Assembly: GCA_964022095.1 (NCBI GenBank)
Contig: CAXHZO010000003.1
Coordinates: forward strand, 1-64,000
DNA length: 64,000 nucleotides
From: an uncultured Arcobacteraceae bacterium
GTDB lineage: Bacteria > Campylobacterota > Campylobacteria > Campylobacterales > Arcobacteraceae
Reading direction: 5' to 3'
The position numbers and the translations under genes are program-made. The notes under the pieces are model-generated. The model was given only the letters and a program-made list of their open reading frames with translations. It did not search any database and was not told the DNA's origin. Below are positions 28,944 to 39,356 of this stretch, piece after piece. Every line of letters starts with the position of its first letter. The first letter of the stretch is position 1.

Positions 28944-30545
28944 CTATAGTCTTACTAGTACTCCAGCTCCTACAGCTATTTGATAAAGTATCTGTGTGAT
29001 ATCTTTCATGATTGGAATACTTTTTGAATCAAGTTTTTCAAGTACTAGTACGCTATCACCAGGTTCTATATCAAGTTTTTGATTTGAGAACATACTATTA
29101 TCATATGTAACTACATTTCCATTTTGTTTGATTAGTAGTATATTATCTTCATCTGCTCTAGCACTTAATCCCCCACATTGTTCTAAGTAGCTATCTAAGC
29201 TCATATTATCTACATATGATAGTGCAGTTGGGATCTTAACTTCACCTTGTACTGTTACTACATGTGATTTTTTAGGTATAAATATCGTATCTTCATCTTC
29301 TAATACTATTTTAGAGTAGTCACTTTGAGTATTTAGTACTACTCTTCCTTTTGGTTGAACTTCTTTTGCTCTTTGTATGAAGTTTAGTACTAGTTCGGCT
29401 TCTTGTTTTCTTATTATAGCTTCATCTGTAGTGTTAGAACCTGTTTTCATCACAGATGATTCAAGTTCATTTAAACTACTATCTATTAGTTGTTTTTGTA
29501 GTAGGGCTATACTCTTTCTATATAGATGAATATTTTGGTTTGATGATAGAGCTGAAAAGTTAAGCTTAGAGATTAACTCTTCTAGTGTAGTTCCTTTTTT
29601 TACTACTATATTTCTAAGACCTTCATGTTCCCCATCGATATTTATTTCTATTGTTTTTGTGTTGTTATTTGATACAAACTTTACATGTTGGTTTGCTTCT
29701 ATTTTAACATCTTTGTCATTTATAGAGTACATATACAGTTTTTTTTCATTTTTATCATCAAACTTACTTACTACTACATCTGTAGCTTCTGTGTATGGTT
29801 GTACTAGTTTAGCAATTGTATTTATACTTAGATAGCCATTTGTCTCTATTTTTAGAGGTTTTTGTATATCTCCATCTACAGTTATGTATCCTTTTAGATA
29901 CTCGATGTTGATGATATCTCCAGTTTTAAATTGAAATAAATCTAATCTACCATTTAGTAAGTATTGATATAAGTCGACAGTTTGGATTACTTGATTATTT
30001 CTTAGGATACTTATATTTCTAAAGCTACCATTTGCATCTATTCCTTTTGCTTTATCTATAAACTGTAAAATAGAGTCGCTAGATAAGCCTTCATAAAGGC
30101 CAGGTTTAACTGCACCACCTGAAACAAAAACAGAAACAGGTTGAAAGTTATCAAGATTTGCATATATATATACATTATCTTTATAAGTTTTTTTTAGTTC
30201 TTTTTTTATCTCATTACTTAGGTTTTCATTTTCTATTCCTAGTAATTTAATAGTACCAACTTTTGGTACGAAGATATTACCTTGTTCATCAATAGTTAGT
30301 TTGATTTCTAAATCAACTGCACCCCATAGTTTTAGGTTTATTACATCACCAATATTTAGTATATATTCAGGATTATATCTATGTTGAGTAGATTTTGAGA
30401 ACTGACCATTGAAAAGATTCTCTCCAAATATTCTTATTTGTTTATTGTCTTTTAAAACTATCTGTTCTTTTGTATTCTCTTCTGTTGGTATTTCTACTGC
30501 ATTTAGTATAAATATAAAACTTAGTATCAAAAATATTATTCTCAT
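28944..30545 (-). CDS. kpsD: Capsule export OPX protein KpsD
   Basis: Signal peptide from ATG 30545 (GGGAG RBS), FGENLF, PEYILNIGD Poly_export domain, SLBB repeats, DITQILYQIAV C-terminus. Confidence 0.92.
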   Translation of the reverse strand: MRIIFLILSFIFILNAVEIPTEENTKEQIVLKDNKQIRIFGENLFNGQFSKSTQHRYNPEYILNIGDVINLKLWGAVDLEIKLTIDEQGNIFVPKVGTIKLLGIENENLSNEIKKELKKTYKDNVYIYANLDNFQPVSVFVSGGAVKPGLYEGLSSDSILQFIDKAKGIDANGSFRNISILRNNQVIQTVDLYQYLLNGRLDLFQFKTGDIINIEYLKGYITVDGDIQKPLKIETNGYLSINTIAKLVQPYTEATDVVVSKFDDKNEKKLYMYSINDKDVKIEANQHVKFVSNNNTKTIEINIDGEHEGLRNIVVKKGTTLEELISKLNFSALSSNQNIHLYRKSIALLQKQLIDSSLNELESSVMKTGSNTTDEAIIRKQEAELVLNFIQRAKEVQPKGRVVLNTQSDYSKIVLEDEDTIFIPKKSHVVTVQGEVKIPTALSYVDNMSLDSYLEQCGGLSARADEDNILLIKQNGNVVTYDNSMFSNQKLDIEPGDSVLVLEKLDSKSIPIMKDITQILYQIAVGAGVLVRL

Positions 30546-30546
30546 A

Positions 30547-31635
30547 TTACTCCCTGTGGTCTTTGATGATAGCACCTATCATAGATAAAATACCATATAT
30601 TAGTGATAGTACAAGTACTACTGTTACAAGTTCTCTAAATCTTTTTGGTTCACTGTAGCTTTGTGCTAAATTTGGATTTACGAGTATTTGTAGTATCTTA
30701 TTATCTTTATTTACTTCTAATTTGGCACTTTGTAGTTGAAGTAGGGCTTGTTTGTACAGTTCTGTGTTTAGTTCTACTTCTGCTTTGATTCTTTCAAACT
30801 CAAATATTGATTTATTTAGTGTTGTGTTATCAGTTCCTGATTGTTCTTTTTTGATTTGATCTATTGAATTTTTTATTTGAGATATTTCTCTTTTTAAATC
30901 TACTATTTCAAAAGCATTATTTGTAAGATACTTTGATATTTTTTGTAGTTTTGCTTTACTTTCTATTAGTCTTACTTTTAGCTCTGATAATAAAGCAGTA
31001 TTTGTTTGTGCTTGTGAATTTGGGTCAAGAGTTTTTTGTGAATCCTGATAGTTTCCTAATAGTTCAATAGAATCATCTAAAATATCTTTTTGTTTTTTAG
31101 TTTCATTTTCTACAAATATAAGCTGTTTTTTTGCAGCTTCTTTATTGTATTCATTTAGTTTATTTTCAACTTCATTTATAAGAAATCTTAATATTTCTTG
31201 AGCTTTTTTACTATCAATATGTAAAAATGATATCGTAGTGATATTTGATGTCTCATCATAAATGATTTCTAGATGTTGATTATAAAGTTCGACAAAATCT
31301 TCATATGAATTAAACCAATACATCTTCTGTAATATATCTAAATCATAACTTGAATAATATGATGACAGATCAAATTCTTTATCTAATTTATCATAAACTT
31401 CATATGACTTAATATATTCTTGTAGTACCATTGCGTCTTGCGTACTATTATTTGTCTGCCCACTTACAAGTCCAAGTAGTGTTGATGTTGTAGAAGTGTC
31501 ATCTAGATTTTTTATTGTAACAGTTGCAGTTGATTGGTAATAACTTGTTTTTATAAGTCCTACATATACTATTGATAGTATAAGTATTATAGCAAATATT
31601 AGTCTAGCTTTTTTAGCTTTTATTTTTGATAGCAA
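30547..31635 (-). CDS. kpsE: Capsule export PCP protein KpsE
   Basis: N- and C-terminal TM segments flanking a coiled coil; IKDH C-terminus. Confidence 0.9.
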   Translation of the reverse strand: MLSKIKAKKARLIFAIILILSIVYVGLIKTSYYQSTATVTIKNLDDTSTTSTLLGLVSGQTNNSTQDAMVLQEYIKSYEVYDKLDKEFDLSSYYSSYDLDILQKMYWFNSYEDFVELYNQHLEIIYDETSNITTISFLHIDSKKAQEILRFLINEVENKLNEYNKEAAKKQLIFVENETKKQKDILDDSIELLGNYQDSQKTLDPNSQAQTNTALLSELKVRLIESKAKLQKISKYLTNNAFEIVDLKREISQIKNSIDQIKKEQSGTDNTTLNKSIFEFERIKAEVELNTELYKQALLQLQSAKLEVNKDNKILQILVNPNLAQSYSEPKRFRELVTVVLVLSLIYGILSMIGAIIKDHRE

Positions 31636-32273
31636 TCTATCGCCTCCTGAACATCTTCAAAATATTGCATTTTACCATCCTTTAGATAAATTCCCACATC
31701 ACAAGCTTCTTTTAATATTCCCATAGAGTGACTCACGATAATGGCATTACATGTTTCCATCTTTCTTAGTAACGCATCTTTTGATTTTTTTTGAAAGTGT
31801 TTATCTCCCACTGACAAAGTTTCATCGATTAAAATATATTCAAAATCAAAAAACAGACTTAAAGAGAAACTAAGTCTAGATTTCATACCACTAGAGTATG
31901 TTTTAATAGGCATATCAAAATAATCACCAAGCTCACTAAACTCTTTTACAAACTCTATTGCATCTTTGATCTGACCTTCACTCTCTCCATATATTCTACA
32001 TACGAACTTGACATTTTGACGTCCTGTCATACTTCCCTGAAATCCACCTGCAAGACCCATTGGCCATGAAAATTTATTTTTACTTTTTATGATACCTTTG
32101 TTTGGATAGTCTATTCCTCCAAGCATTCTTAGAAGTGTAGATTTTCCTGCTCCATTATCTCCTAGTATTGCTATACTTTTATGTGATGGAATAGTTAATG
32201 TCACATCATTTAGTATGTATTTTTTCTCATTCTTTGTTTGATAATATTTGGTTGCATTTATAAGTTCTATCAT
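31620..32273 (-). CDS. kpsT: Capsule ABC transporter ATP-binding protein KpsT
   Basis: GDNGAGKST, YSSGM, IDE, SH. Confidence 0.94.
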   Translation of the reverse strand: MIELINATKYYQTKNEKKYILNDVTLTIPSHKSIAILGDNGAGKSTLLRMLGGIDYPNKGIIKSKNKFSWPMGLAGGFQGSMTGRQNVKFVCRIYGESEGQIKDAIEFVKEFSELGDYFDMPIKTYSSGMKSRLSFSLSLFFDFEYILIDETLSVGDKHFQKKSKDALLRKMETCNAIIVSHSMGILKEACDVGIYLKDGKMQYFEDVQEAIDCYQK

Positions 32274-33043
32274 GTACTTTGTATCTTTCTTTCAGATTTT
32301 AAATAAAAATAAAGTCCTAAAAATAGTGGAATAATAGTCCAAAAAAACATGTACTCATAATCTACATAATCAGTATGAAGTACATCAATATAACTACCAT
32401 GAACCAATTCTACAAAGTGTACTATTGGATTATATAGTATATATTCTCTTACGGCTGGTGGAAGCTGATCTACAGTATAAAAAAGTGCAGATAAAAATAA
32501 CATAGGTGTAAAAATTAGGTTTATAATTTTTTTGAATGTCTCATAAAATGTTCCAATCACTGCAAAAAGTATCCCAAGAGCTGTTCCAAATAACATGAAC
32601 CATAAGACTGCTATTATAACATTTAGTAAGTTGTCAGGAATAATATTTGAGTGAAAGTACCATCCAATGCTAAGAAAAAATAATGATATAAAAATAAATA
32701 TTAAAAATTCAACTAGAACCCTAGCTAATATAGTATGTATAGGTCTAACTTGTACATATACAAATAGTGCTTGATTTGATTCAAAAGCATTCATAGCATT
32801 CATAATGATATTTTTAAAAAGATTATATGTTATAAAACCTGTTGCTAAAAAAACAGAATAATCAATTCCTGGCATAGAAGATGTAAATAGAAAAATTTTA
32901 ACAAGTAAGAAAACTGCAATTTGTACAGATGGCTCAACAATCGCCCAAAAATATCCCATCTTTCTCGAACCAAATCTTGTTTGAATTTCTCTTAAAAATA
33001 GGGCATAAACAACATTGAAAAAGTTACTTTTTACTTTTGTCAA
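32270..33043 (-). CDS. kpsM: Capsule ABC transporter permease KpsM
   Basis: ALFLREIQTRFG, WAIVEP, NPIVHFVEL; six TM segments. Confidence 0.94.
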   Translation of the reverse strand: MTKVKSNFFNVVYALFLREIQTRFGSRKMGYFWAIVEPSVQIAVFLLVKIFLFTSSMPGIDYSVFLATGFITYNLFKNIIMNAMNAFESNQALFVYVQVRPIHTILARVLVEFLIFIFISLFFLSIGWYFHSNIIPDNLLNVIIAVLWFMLFGTALGILFAVIGTFYETFKKIINLIFTPMLFLSALFYTVDQLPPAVREYILYNPIVHFVELVHGSYIDVLHTDYVDYEYMFFWTIIPLFLGLYFYLKSERKIQST

Positions 33044-33120
33044 AAATGTAGCCTTTACCTAAAAATAGTCATTTATTATACATAAAATAAAATATCTATT
33101 TACTTAATTGATATTTTATT

Positions 33121-34350
33121 TTAATCAAATTCCATTCTAACTTGTGTTTGTCCCGTTGTGCCAAACTCGTGATCTATTTGCGTCGCAATAGCTTTGAAGT
33201 CTATTCCTTGAACTTCTTTCATAGCTTTTATTATCTCTTTTTTCCCATTTACTAGCTCTTTTGATTTTATACCATGAGAGATAGATAAACTAGCTTCCAC
33301 AAAAGCTGATAGCTTATCACACTGTTTTAGTGCAAGGCCATCTATAGCATTGTATTTATCCGAGTTATATTTTGATACATCATCTACAACTTCTATTTTT
33401 CCATCTATGTTTATTTTATTTTCAAACTCTTCTTTTATACCATCATAAAGTCCAAGTATGTATGAAAATTCTTCATGTAGCGATTCAGGTACATTTGGCA
33501 TGATATCATCTTCGATTTTTTGTATCTCATATTCTGCTATTATCTCAGATAATTCATCCACACAGTATTTTACAGGAGTAATAATATCTCTTGTTAATGC
33601 TTCTGGTAGATCATGAAATAGGGCTGTGAAGAAGTTGTTTTGTAGTCTTTTATCACATGCATTTGCATCAATTGAGTAAAAATATCCAAAAATTGCAACT
33701 GTTAACATATGACCTAAAACAGATGTTTCAGGTACTCTTGGAGTTTGTGCCCATCTTTTTTGAAATCTTAATCTTCCACTTAAATCAATAACCTTTGCAA
33801 GCTTTTTATTAAGTGCAATTTTTCTCACCCCAATTAATTCATAGTAATCCTCAATCTCTTCTTCAACACTTTTTTTAACATCTTCTATATCACTTAAAAA
33901 TGCACTAGTTTGATATACGATTGAAAACTCCCATTTAGTTGAAAGATAAGATGCTGCTTTTAAAACAAATCGCTCTTTTTTGTATATTTCTGGATTGTTT
34001 AAATAGTCTTCAAATTTTTGTAAGAAATTGCCATTATCTATATCTTCAAGTGATGGTTTTAGTTTTGAAATAACCCATGAGTTTATCTCTTTTGATTTTT
34101 TTTGTAATGCTTTTCTAAATACATCAGGTCTAATATCTGTTACGACTACGCGTCTTAAAAACTCAAAAATACCAGCTTCTATTAAGTGTGTATAGTTTAT
34201 ATCATCTTCAAGTTTTGCAATAAAATATGCAATGATAAATTTATGAGCTTGTTTATCAAGTTCTACTAGTTCAACCATTCTTGGATAGTCATTCCATCTT
34301 TGAATTGATGCACTTGAAAATATATAATCAATTATTCTGGGATTTATCAA
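33121..34350 (-). CDS. HD-domain phosphohydrolase (YfbR-like), conserved in Campylobacterota
   Basis: RW..ETSVLGH, FHDLPEALTRDI, CDKL; degenerate N-terminal copy of the domain. Confidence 0.8.
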   Translation of the reverse strand: MINPRIIDYIFSSASIQRWNDYPRMVELVELDKQAHKFIIAYFIAKLEDDINYTHLIEAGIFEFLRRVVVTDIRPDVFRKALQKKSKEINSWVISKLKPSLEDIDNGNFLQKFEDYLNNPEIYKKERFVLKAASYLSTKWEFSIVYQTSAFLSDIEDVKKSVEEEIEDYYELIGVRKIALNKKLAKVIDLSGRLRFQKRWAQTPRVPETSVLGHMLTVAIFGYFYSIDANACDKRLQNNFFTALFHDLPEALTRDIITPVKYCVDELSEIIAEYEIQKIEDDIMPNVPESLHEEFSYILGLYDGIKEEFENKINIDGKIEVVDDVSKYNSDKYNAIDGLALKQCDKLSAFVEASLSISHGIKSKELVNGKKEIIKAMKEVQGIDFKAIATQIDHEFGTTGQTQVRMEFD

Positions 34351-34457
34351 TCTTTATCCTTTGTGTTTTTGTCATCTGAAAAAAACATCATTTTTTTACC
34401 TAACAACATAAGAGCTATTACAACAAACATCATCAAATATACTTGCCAATCTTCCAT
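34347..34457 (-). CDS. Unannotated 36-aa single-TM small protein (MEDWQVYLMMFVVIALMLLGKKMMFFSDDKNTKDKD)
   Basis: AAAAGGAG RBS before ATG; TGA stop overlaps the TTG start of the HD gene (TTGA). Confidence 0.65.
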   Translation of the reverse strand: MEDWQVYLMMFVVIALMLLGKKMMFFSDDKNTKDKD

Positions 34458-34472
34458 AATAGCTCCTTTTGT

Positions 34473-34925
34473 TTATCTACAACTTCCCATTTTCCCTAAG
34501 GCATTGATTTTTTCAACTCTACCTTCATGTCTTCCACCTTCAAAAGATGATTTGTCCCATGATTCAATAATAGCTTCAACCATACCATATCCACTAACTC
34601 TCTCACCTAGACAAATTACATTTGCATCATTATGTTCTCTTGCCATTTTTGCAGAGTATTCATTGTGGCAAAGGGCTGCTCTAATTCCATCAAATTTATT
34701 TGCAGCCATACTCATACCAATTCCAGAACCACAGATTAAAATACCTTTGCTTCCTTCATTTTCTAATACACTTTCGCAAACTTTTGCTGCAAAATCTGGA
34801 TAATCAACTCTATCTTTTGTATTTGGTCCTAAATCTATTACTTCATGACCTCTTGCTTCAAATAACTCTTTTACATAAGCTTTTATATCAATACCAGCGT
34901 GATCTGCTCCAATAAAATATTTCAT
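34473..34925 (-). CDS. rpiB: Ribose-5-phosphate isomerase B
   Basis: ADHAG, DYPD, CGSGIGM, REHNDAN, GGRH. Confidence 0.96.
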   Translation of the reverse strand: MKYFIGADHAGIDIKAYVKELFEARGHEVIDLGPNTKDRVDYPDFAAKVCESVLENEGSKGILICGSGIGMSMAANKFDGIRAALCHNEYSAKMAREHNDANVICLGERVSGYGMVEAIIESWDKSSFEGGRHEGRVEKINALGKMGSCR

Positions 34926-35710
34926 TAATAAATCCCTTTTTCATGATTAATTTCTAGATCTTTATCTTTTATATCTTCTTCTAAAGATTCAACTGTTTTT
35001 AAAACTCTATCCCATCTAATTTCATAATTGTCATCAATTGAGAAGTATACTATCCAAGGTGTTCCAACAACATATTTATATGGAACAGTTCCCCAAAATC
35101 TTGAGTCATTTGAGTGATCTCTATTATCACCCATCATAAATGTTTCATCTTCAGGGATTCTTATCGGCATCATATCAAATAGTTCAATTGGATTCAATCC
35201 ATTTTTTGTAACTGATGGGTCATTATGAATTCCTGGATGATCTTTCTTATATGGATCAACTACCCATAATCTATCTTCTATTTCTATAATATTTTCTTTT
35301 GGATAGTTTGCTTTTACATAATCATTTCCCTCAACTGGATGTAAAAGTAAATGTTTATCTTTAAGTGCAACTAAATCTCCACCAGTTGCTACTGCTCTTT
35401 TTACATAGTGAATAGCTTCATTTTTTGGATATCTAAATACTACGATATCTCCTCTTTTTGGTCTATCACCTTCTATTAAGTGTCCATTATCATTAAAATC
35501 AGGTAATACTTTAACTTCAAGCCAAGGAAGTCTTGGTGTTGGAATACCATAAGTGAATTTTTTTACAAAAAGCATATCACCTATTAAAAGTGTATTTTTC
35601 ATACTTCCACTAGGAATAACAAAAGCTTGAGCTATAAAAAATATAATACCAAGTACAATTACAATTGTACCTGTCCAAGATGACGACCATCTATATAGTT
35701 TATTTAACAT
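34925..35710 (-). CDS. lepB: Signal peptidase I
   Basis: IPSGSM, YVKR, GDNRDHSNDSRFWG. Confidence 0.95.
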   Translation of the reverse strand: MLNKLYRWSSSWTGTIVIVLGIIFFIAQAFVIPSGSMKNTLLIGDMLFVKKFTYGIPTPRLPWLEVKVLPDFNDNGHLIEGDRPKRGDIVVFRYPKNEAIHYVKRAVATGGDLVALKDKHLLLHPVEGNDYVKANYPKENIIEIEDRLWVVDPYKKDHPGIHNDPSVTKNGLNPIELFDMMPIRIPEDETFMMGDNRDHSNDSRFWGTVPYKYVVGTPWIVYFSIDDNYEIRWDRVLKTVESLEEDIKDKDLEINHEKGIY

Positions 35711-36571
35711 CTATTTTGATTCTCTTTTCTCTCTTAGTTTTGCAGCTTTGACTGTATTTTTTAATAACATTGCAATAGTCATTGGTCCAACTCCACCTGG
35801 AACAGGTGTTATATGTGAACATTTGTCTTTACAATCTTCAAAATCTGCATCACCAGTTAATTTTCCAGTATCAAGTCTATTAATACCAACATCAATAACT
35901 ATAGCACCATCTTTTATCATGTCACCTTTTAAAAGATGAGGAACACCAACAGCTACAATTACAATATCAGCAGATTTTGTAAAAAATGTTAAATCTTTTG
36001 TTCTACTATTACAAACACTTACTGTAGCTTTTGCATTAGTTAAAAGTGAAGCCATTGGTTTCCCAACAATATCACTACTTCCAATTACACAAACATTTTT
36101 ACCACTTACTTCTATTCCATAATCTTCAAACATCCTCATTACTCCAAAAGGAGTTGCAGGTAAAAACGAATCAAGATTTGAAACCATTCTCCCTACATTG
36201 TATGGATGGAATCCATCAACATCTTTAAGTGGATCGATTGCTTCAAGTACAGTAGTTGTATCAATATGTTTTGGTAATGGTAGTTGAACTAAAATACCAT
36301 CAAGTTTTGGATTTTTGTTCATCATAGCAATTGTGTCCAATAACTCTTCTTGAGTAATTGATTCAGGCATTTCATGAACAACAGAATAAATTCCTGCATT
36401 TTTACAAGATTTTGCTTTACTTGCCACATATGTAGCACTTGCTGCGTCATTTCCTACTAGTATAACTGCTAGGCCTGGAGTTATTTTTTCTGATTCTACA
36501 AGTTGAGATACTTCAACTTTAACCTCTTCTTTTATTTTGTTTGATAATGCTTTTCCATCTAAAAGTGTCAT
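35711..36571 (-). CDS. folD: Methylenetetrahydrofolate dehydrogenase/cyclohydrolase
   Basis: VQLPLP, KDVDGFHP, DVGINR, PGGVGPMT. Confidence 0.96.
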   Translation of the reverse strand: MTLLDGKALSNKIKEEVKVEVSQLVESEKITPGLAVILVGNDAASATYVASKAKSCKNAGIYSVVHEMPESITQEELLDTIAMMNKNPKLDGILVQLPLPKHIDTTTVLEAIDPLKDVDGFHPYNVGRMVSNLDSFLPATPFGVMRMFEDYGIEVSGKNVCVIGSSDIVGKPMASLLTNAKATVSVCNSRTKDLTFFTKSADIVIVAVGVPHLLKGDMIKDGAIVIDVGINRLDTGKLTGDADFEDCKDKCSHITPVPGGVGPMTIAMLLKNTVKAAKLREKRESK

Positions 36572-36727
36572 AGGGTATTACCTTATTTTAAAGTTTTATT
36601 AAGGCAAATATAATAGCAAAAAACCAATTAATAAAAGTTAAATAAGAGTTTAATTAAAACTTAAACAAACATTTAGGTAGTTTTCTGTAAAATCGCGCTT
36701 CACAAATTAAAAACAAAGGATATGTTT

Positions 36728-37264
36728 ATGTTAGAGGGTATCGTTAGAGATAGTATGACAAAACAAGCAACTAAGACTTTAAGAAGAGAAGGTTACTTAA
36801 TTGCAAACATTTATGGTAAAGGTTTAGAAAATATTTCTGCTGCATTTAAAAGCAATGAATTTATTAAATTCATGAGAAATAAAGAGACTTTAGCATTTGA
36901 TGTAAAAGTAGGTGATAACACACTTAAAGTAGTAGTACAAGAGTATCAAAAATGTCCATTAACTTCAGATTTATTACATGTTGATTTAATGGTAGCACAA
37001 CCAGGTGTTAGAACTTCTTATAGAGTTCCTGTTAAAACTACTGGTCTTGCTAAAGGTATTAAAAACAAAGGTCTTTTAATTGTTAATCACAACAGAATTA
37101 CAGTTAAATGTACTTTAGAAAACTTACCAGAAAGCTACACTTTAGATGTAACTGAGTTAGATACTGGTGATAATATCTTAATTAGAGATATCGACTTCCC
37201 AGAAGGTGTTGATTGTTATTTAGACCCAAGAGTACCAGTTGTTGGTATAATTAAAGCTAAATAA
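36728..37264 (+). CDS. rplY: 50S ribosomal protein L25/Ctc
   Basis: [19 protein letters not shown]; adjacent to pth; ATG 36728 fits the AAGGA RBS (alternative 36722). Confidence 0.93.
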   Translation: MLEGIVRDSMTKQATKTLRREGYLIANIYGKGLENISAAFKSNEFIKFMRNKETLAFDVKVGDNTLKVVVQEYQKCPLTSDLLHVDLMVAQPGVRTSYRVPVKTTGLAKGIKNKGLLIVNHNRITVKCTLENLPESYTLDVTELDTGDNILIRDIDFPEGVDCYLDPRVPVVGIIKAK

Positions 37265-37274
37265 TTTTAATACT

Positions 37275-37826
37275 ATGCATTTAATCGTTGGTCTTGGTAA
37301 TATTGGTGAAAAATACGAATTAACAAGACACAACGTAGGATTTATGGTTATCGATGAGATGACCAAAAATCTTACTACTTCAAATATAAATAACTCAAAT
37401 TTTAATTCAACACTTTTAAAATCAGCTTATAGCCTTTTTTCTAAACCCACTACATATATGAATAATTCTGGATTAGCAGTTAATTCTATAAAAGATTATT
37501 ATAAAATCGAAAATGAAGACATAATTGTAATTCATGATGATTTAGATTTGCCATTTGGAACTGTAAAATTCAAAATCGGTGGAGGTCATGGAGGTCATAA
37601 TGGTCTTAGATCACTTGATGCACATATTGGAAAAGATTATATAAGAGTTAGAATTGGTATTGGAAAACCTCAAGATAAGTCTCAAGTTGCAAATTATGTA
37701 TTAAGTAACTTTTCAAAAGAAGAATTAAATAAACTAGAAGATATAATACCTCATACTATAAAAGCGATAGAATCACTAAAAAGTGAAGAAATCGATCAAG
37801 TAAAATCAAAATTTACATTGAAATAA
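37275..37826 (+). CDS. pth: Peptidyl-tRNA hydrolase
   Basis: VGLGN, TRHNVGF, MNNSG, HDDLDL, GGHNGL. Confidence 0.96.
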   Translation: MHLIVGLGNIGEKYELTRHNVGFMVIDEMTKNLTTSNINNSNFNSTLLKSAYSLFSKPTTYMNNSGLAVNSIKDYYKIENEDIIVIHDDLDLPFGTVKFKIGGGHGGHNGLRSLDAHIGKDYIRVRIGIGKPQDKSQVANYVLSNFSKEELNKLEDIIPHTIKAIESLKSEEIDQVKSKFTLK

Positions 37827-37829
37827 AAG

Positions 37830-38897
37830 ATGAGAATACTAACAAAATATATTTTAAAGAAATACTTACAAAACTTTTTTATTGTTTTAATCTCTTTAGA
37901 ACTATTTTTCGTTGGAATAGATTTTTTACAAAACTTTAAAGACTTACCAAACTCTGCAAATTTACAATTGTTATATGTTTTATATAATGGTTTTTTTACG
38001 TTAACTTTGGCCTTGCCTTTATCTATTGTATTTGGCTGGATTATTACATTAGTATTATTTGTTAGAAGTAACGAACTTGTAGCTTTTAATGCAGTTGGAG
38101 CAAATTTAAAGGATATCTATTCTCCAGTAGTTAAAATCTCAATAGCCCTTTTAACACTACTTATTGTGATGCAATTAACACCTCTTGCTTATTCATATGA
38201 TCAAAAGAAAAAAATACTTGATAATGAATATTTTACTAGTACAAAAAGTGATATTTTTTTAAAATATAATGACTATTATGTATATTTTAAAAAGTTATTG
38301 CCTTTAGAAAAAAAAGCAGAAAAAATACATATTTTCAAAGTAGAGCAGGGTGATGTAGTACAAACAATTATTGCAAAAAATGCATATTTTCAAAATAACA
38401 AATGGTATGTGGTAGATGCAAAAATTGTAACAAAACCAAAAGAGTTGAATTTTTCATCTTCAAAACTTGAAATAAGAAATGAAAAGTTCTTAAATACTTT
38501 AGAAGGATTTAAACCAAAAATTCTAGATAATGTTTATGAATCTAAATCAAACTTTTCAGTAATAGATGCAATTTCAGCTTTAGTTCTTTTATCTAATCAA
38601 GGAATTAATACAGATAAAATTAGAGGTATTTTATATAATCAATTAGTAGTTACATACTTTGTTATTCCTCTTTTAATGCTTATTTTTGCATATGCAACAC
38701 TGAATAGTAGATTTTTTAATATGGGTCAATTTGTTTCCTTAAGTGTTTTTGGAACACTAATTGTTTGGGGAGTATTTTTTATGCTTTACAAATTTACTAG
38801 TGGAGGAATAATATTGCCTGAAGTCTCTATTTTACTACCAATGATTATTTGGATTATAGGTTCATTATTCTTTTATAATAGAAAAATAAACTCTTAA
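37830..38897 (+). CDS. LPS export permease LptF/LptG family
   Basis: Three TM + periplasmic beta domain + three TM; RSNELVAF motif. Confidence 0.85.
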   Translation: MRILTKYILKKYLQNFFIVLISLELFFVGIDFLQNFKDLPNSANLQLLYVLYNGFFTLTLALPLSIVFGWIITLVLFVRSNELVAFNAVGANLKDIYSPVVKISIALLTLLIVMQLTPLAYSYDQKKKILDNEYFTSTKSDIFLKYNDYYVYFKKLLPLEKKAEKIHIFKVEQGDVVQTIIAKNAYFQNNKWYVVDAKIVTKPKELNFSSSKLEIRNEKFLNTLEGFKPKILDNVYESKSNFSVIDAISALVLLSNQGINTDKIRGILYNQLVVTYFVIPLLMLIFAYATLNSRFFNMGQFVSLSVFGTLIVWGVFFMLYKFTSGGIILPEVSILLPMIIWIIGSLFFYNRKINS

Positions 38898-38909
38898 GGT
38901 TAAATATAT

Positions 38910-39356
38910 ATGAAATCACATGAAAAAGCATATGGAGTAGTTCCTTATTTAGATTTAGAAGGTGAAATTAAAATTCTTCTATGTAAATCTGTTGCTAGTA
39001 AAAACAAGTGGGGATGTTTAAAAGGTAGCAAAGAAAAGAATGAAACCGCATATGAATGTGCTCAAAGAGAGTTTTATGAGGAGAGTTCAATAGCTGTTGA
39101 TATTGCATTATTTGAAGACTATTTTGAACAAATCAATCTAAATAAAGATATTGGTGTTTGGTTAGTAAATGCTCATAATATTGAAGGCTTAGAAGAGTTC
39201 TTTTTAGAAGATAAACTAAAAAGTAACTATCTTTCATGGGAAAACTCAAAAGTGAAGTTTTTTTCACTTGATGAGTTACCTGTAATTAAGAAAAAACAGA
39301 TTAAATTAGTTGATCAAATTAAGGATTTTTTGAAAAGTAAGAGTCTACACCATTAG
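38910..39356 (+). CDS. NUDIX hydrolase
   Basis: Nudix box GSKEKNETAYECAQREFYEES. Confidence 0.85.
   Translation: MKSHEKAYGVVPYLDLEGEIKILLCKSVASKNKWGCLKGSKEKNETAYECAQREFYEESSIAVDIALFEDYFEQINLNKDIGVWLVNAHNIEGLEEFFLEDKLKSNYLSWENSKVKFFSLDELPVIKKKQIKLVDQIKDFLKSKSLHH

Noticed and set aside
34363-34803. 146-aa plus-strand ORF
   Set aside because: Antisense shadow of rpiB; the interval is better explained by rpiB plus the 36-aa minus-strand peptide
36572-36727. Possible riboswitch or sRNA in the folD-rplY intergenic region
   Set aside because: Only AT-periodic promoter-like sequence; no stable structure recognised
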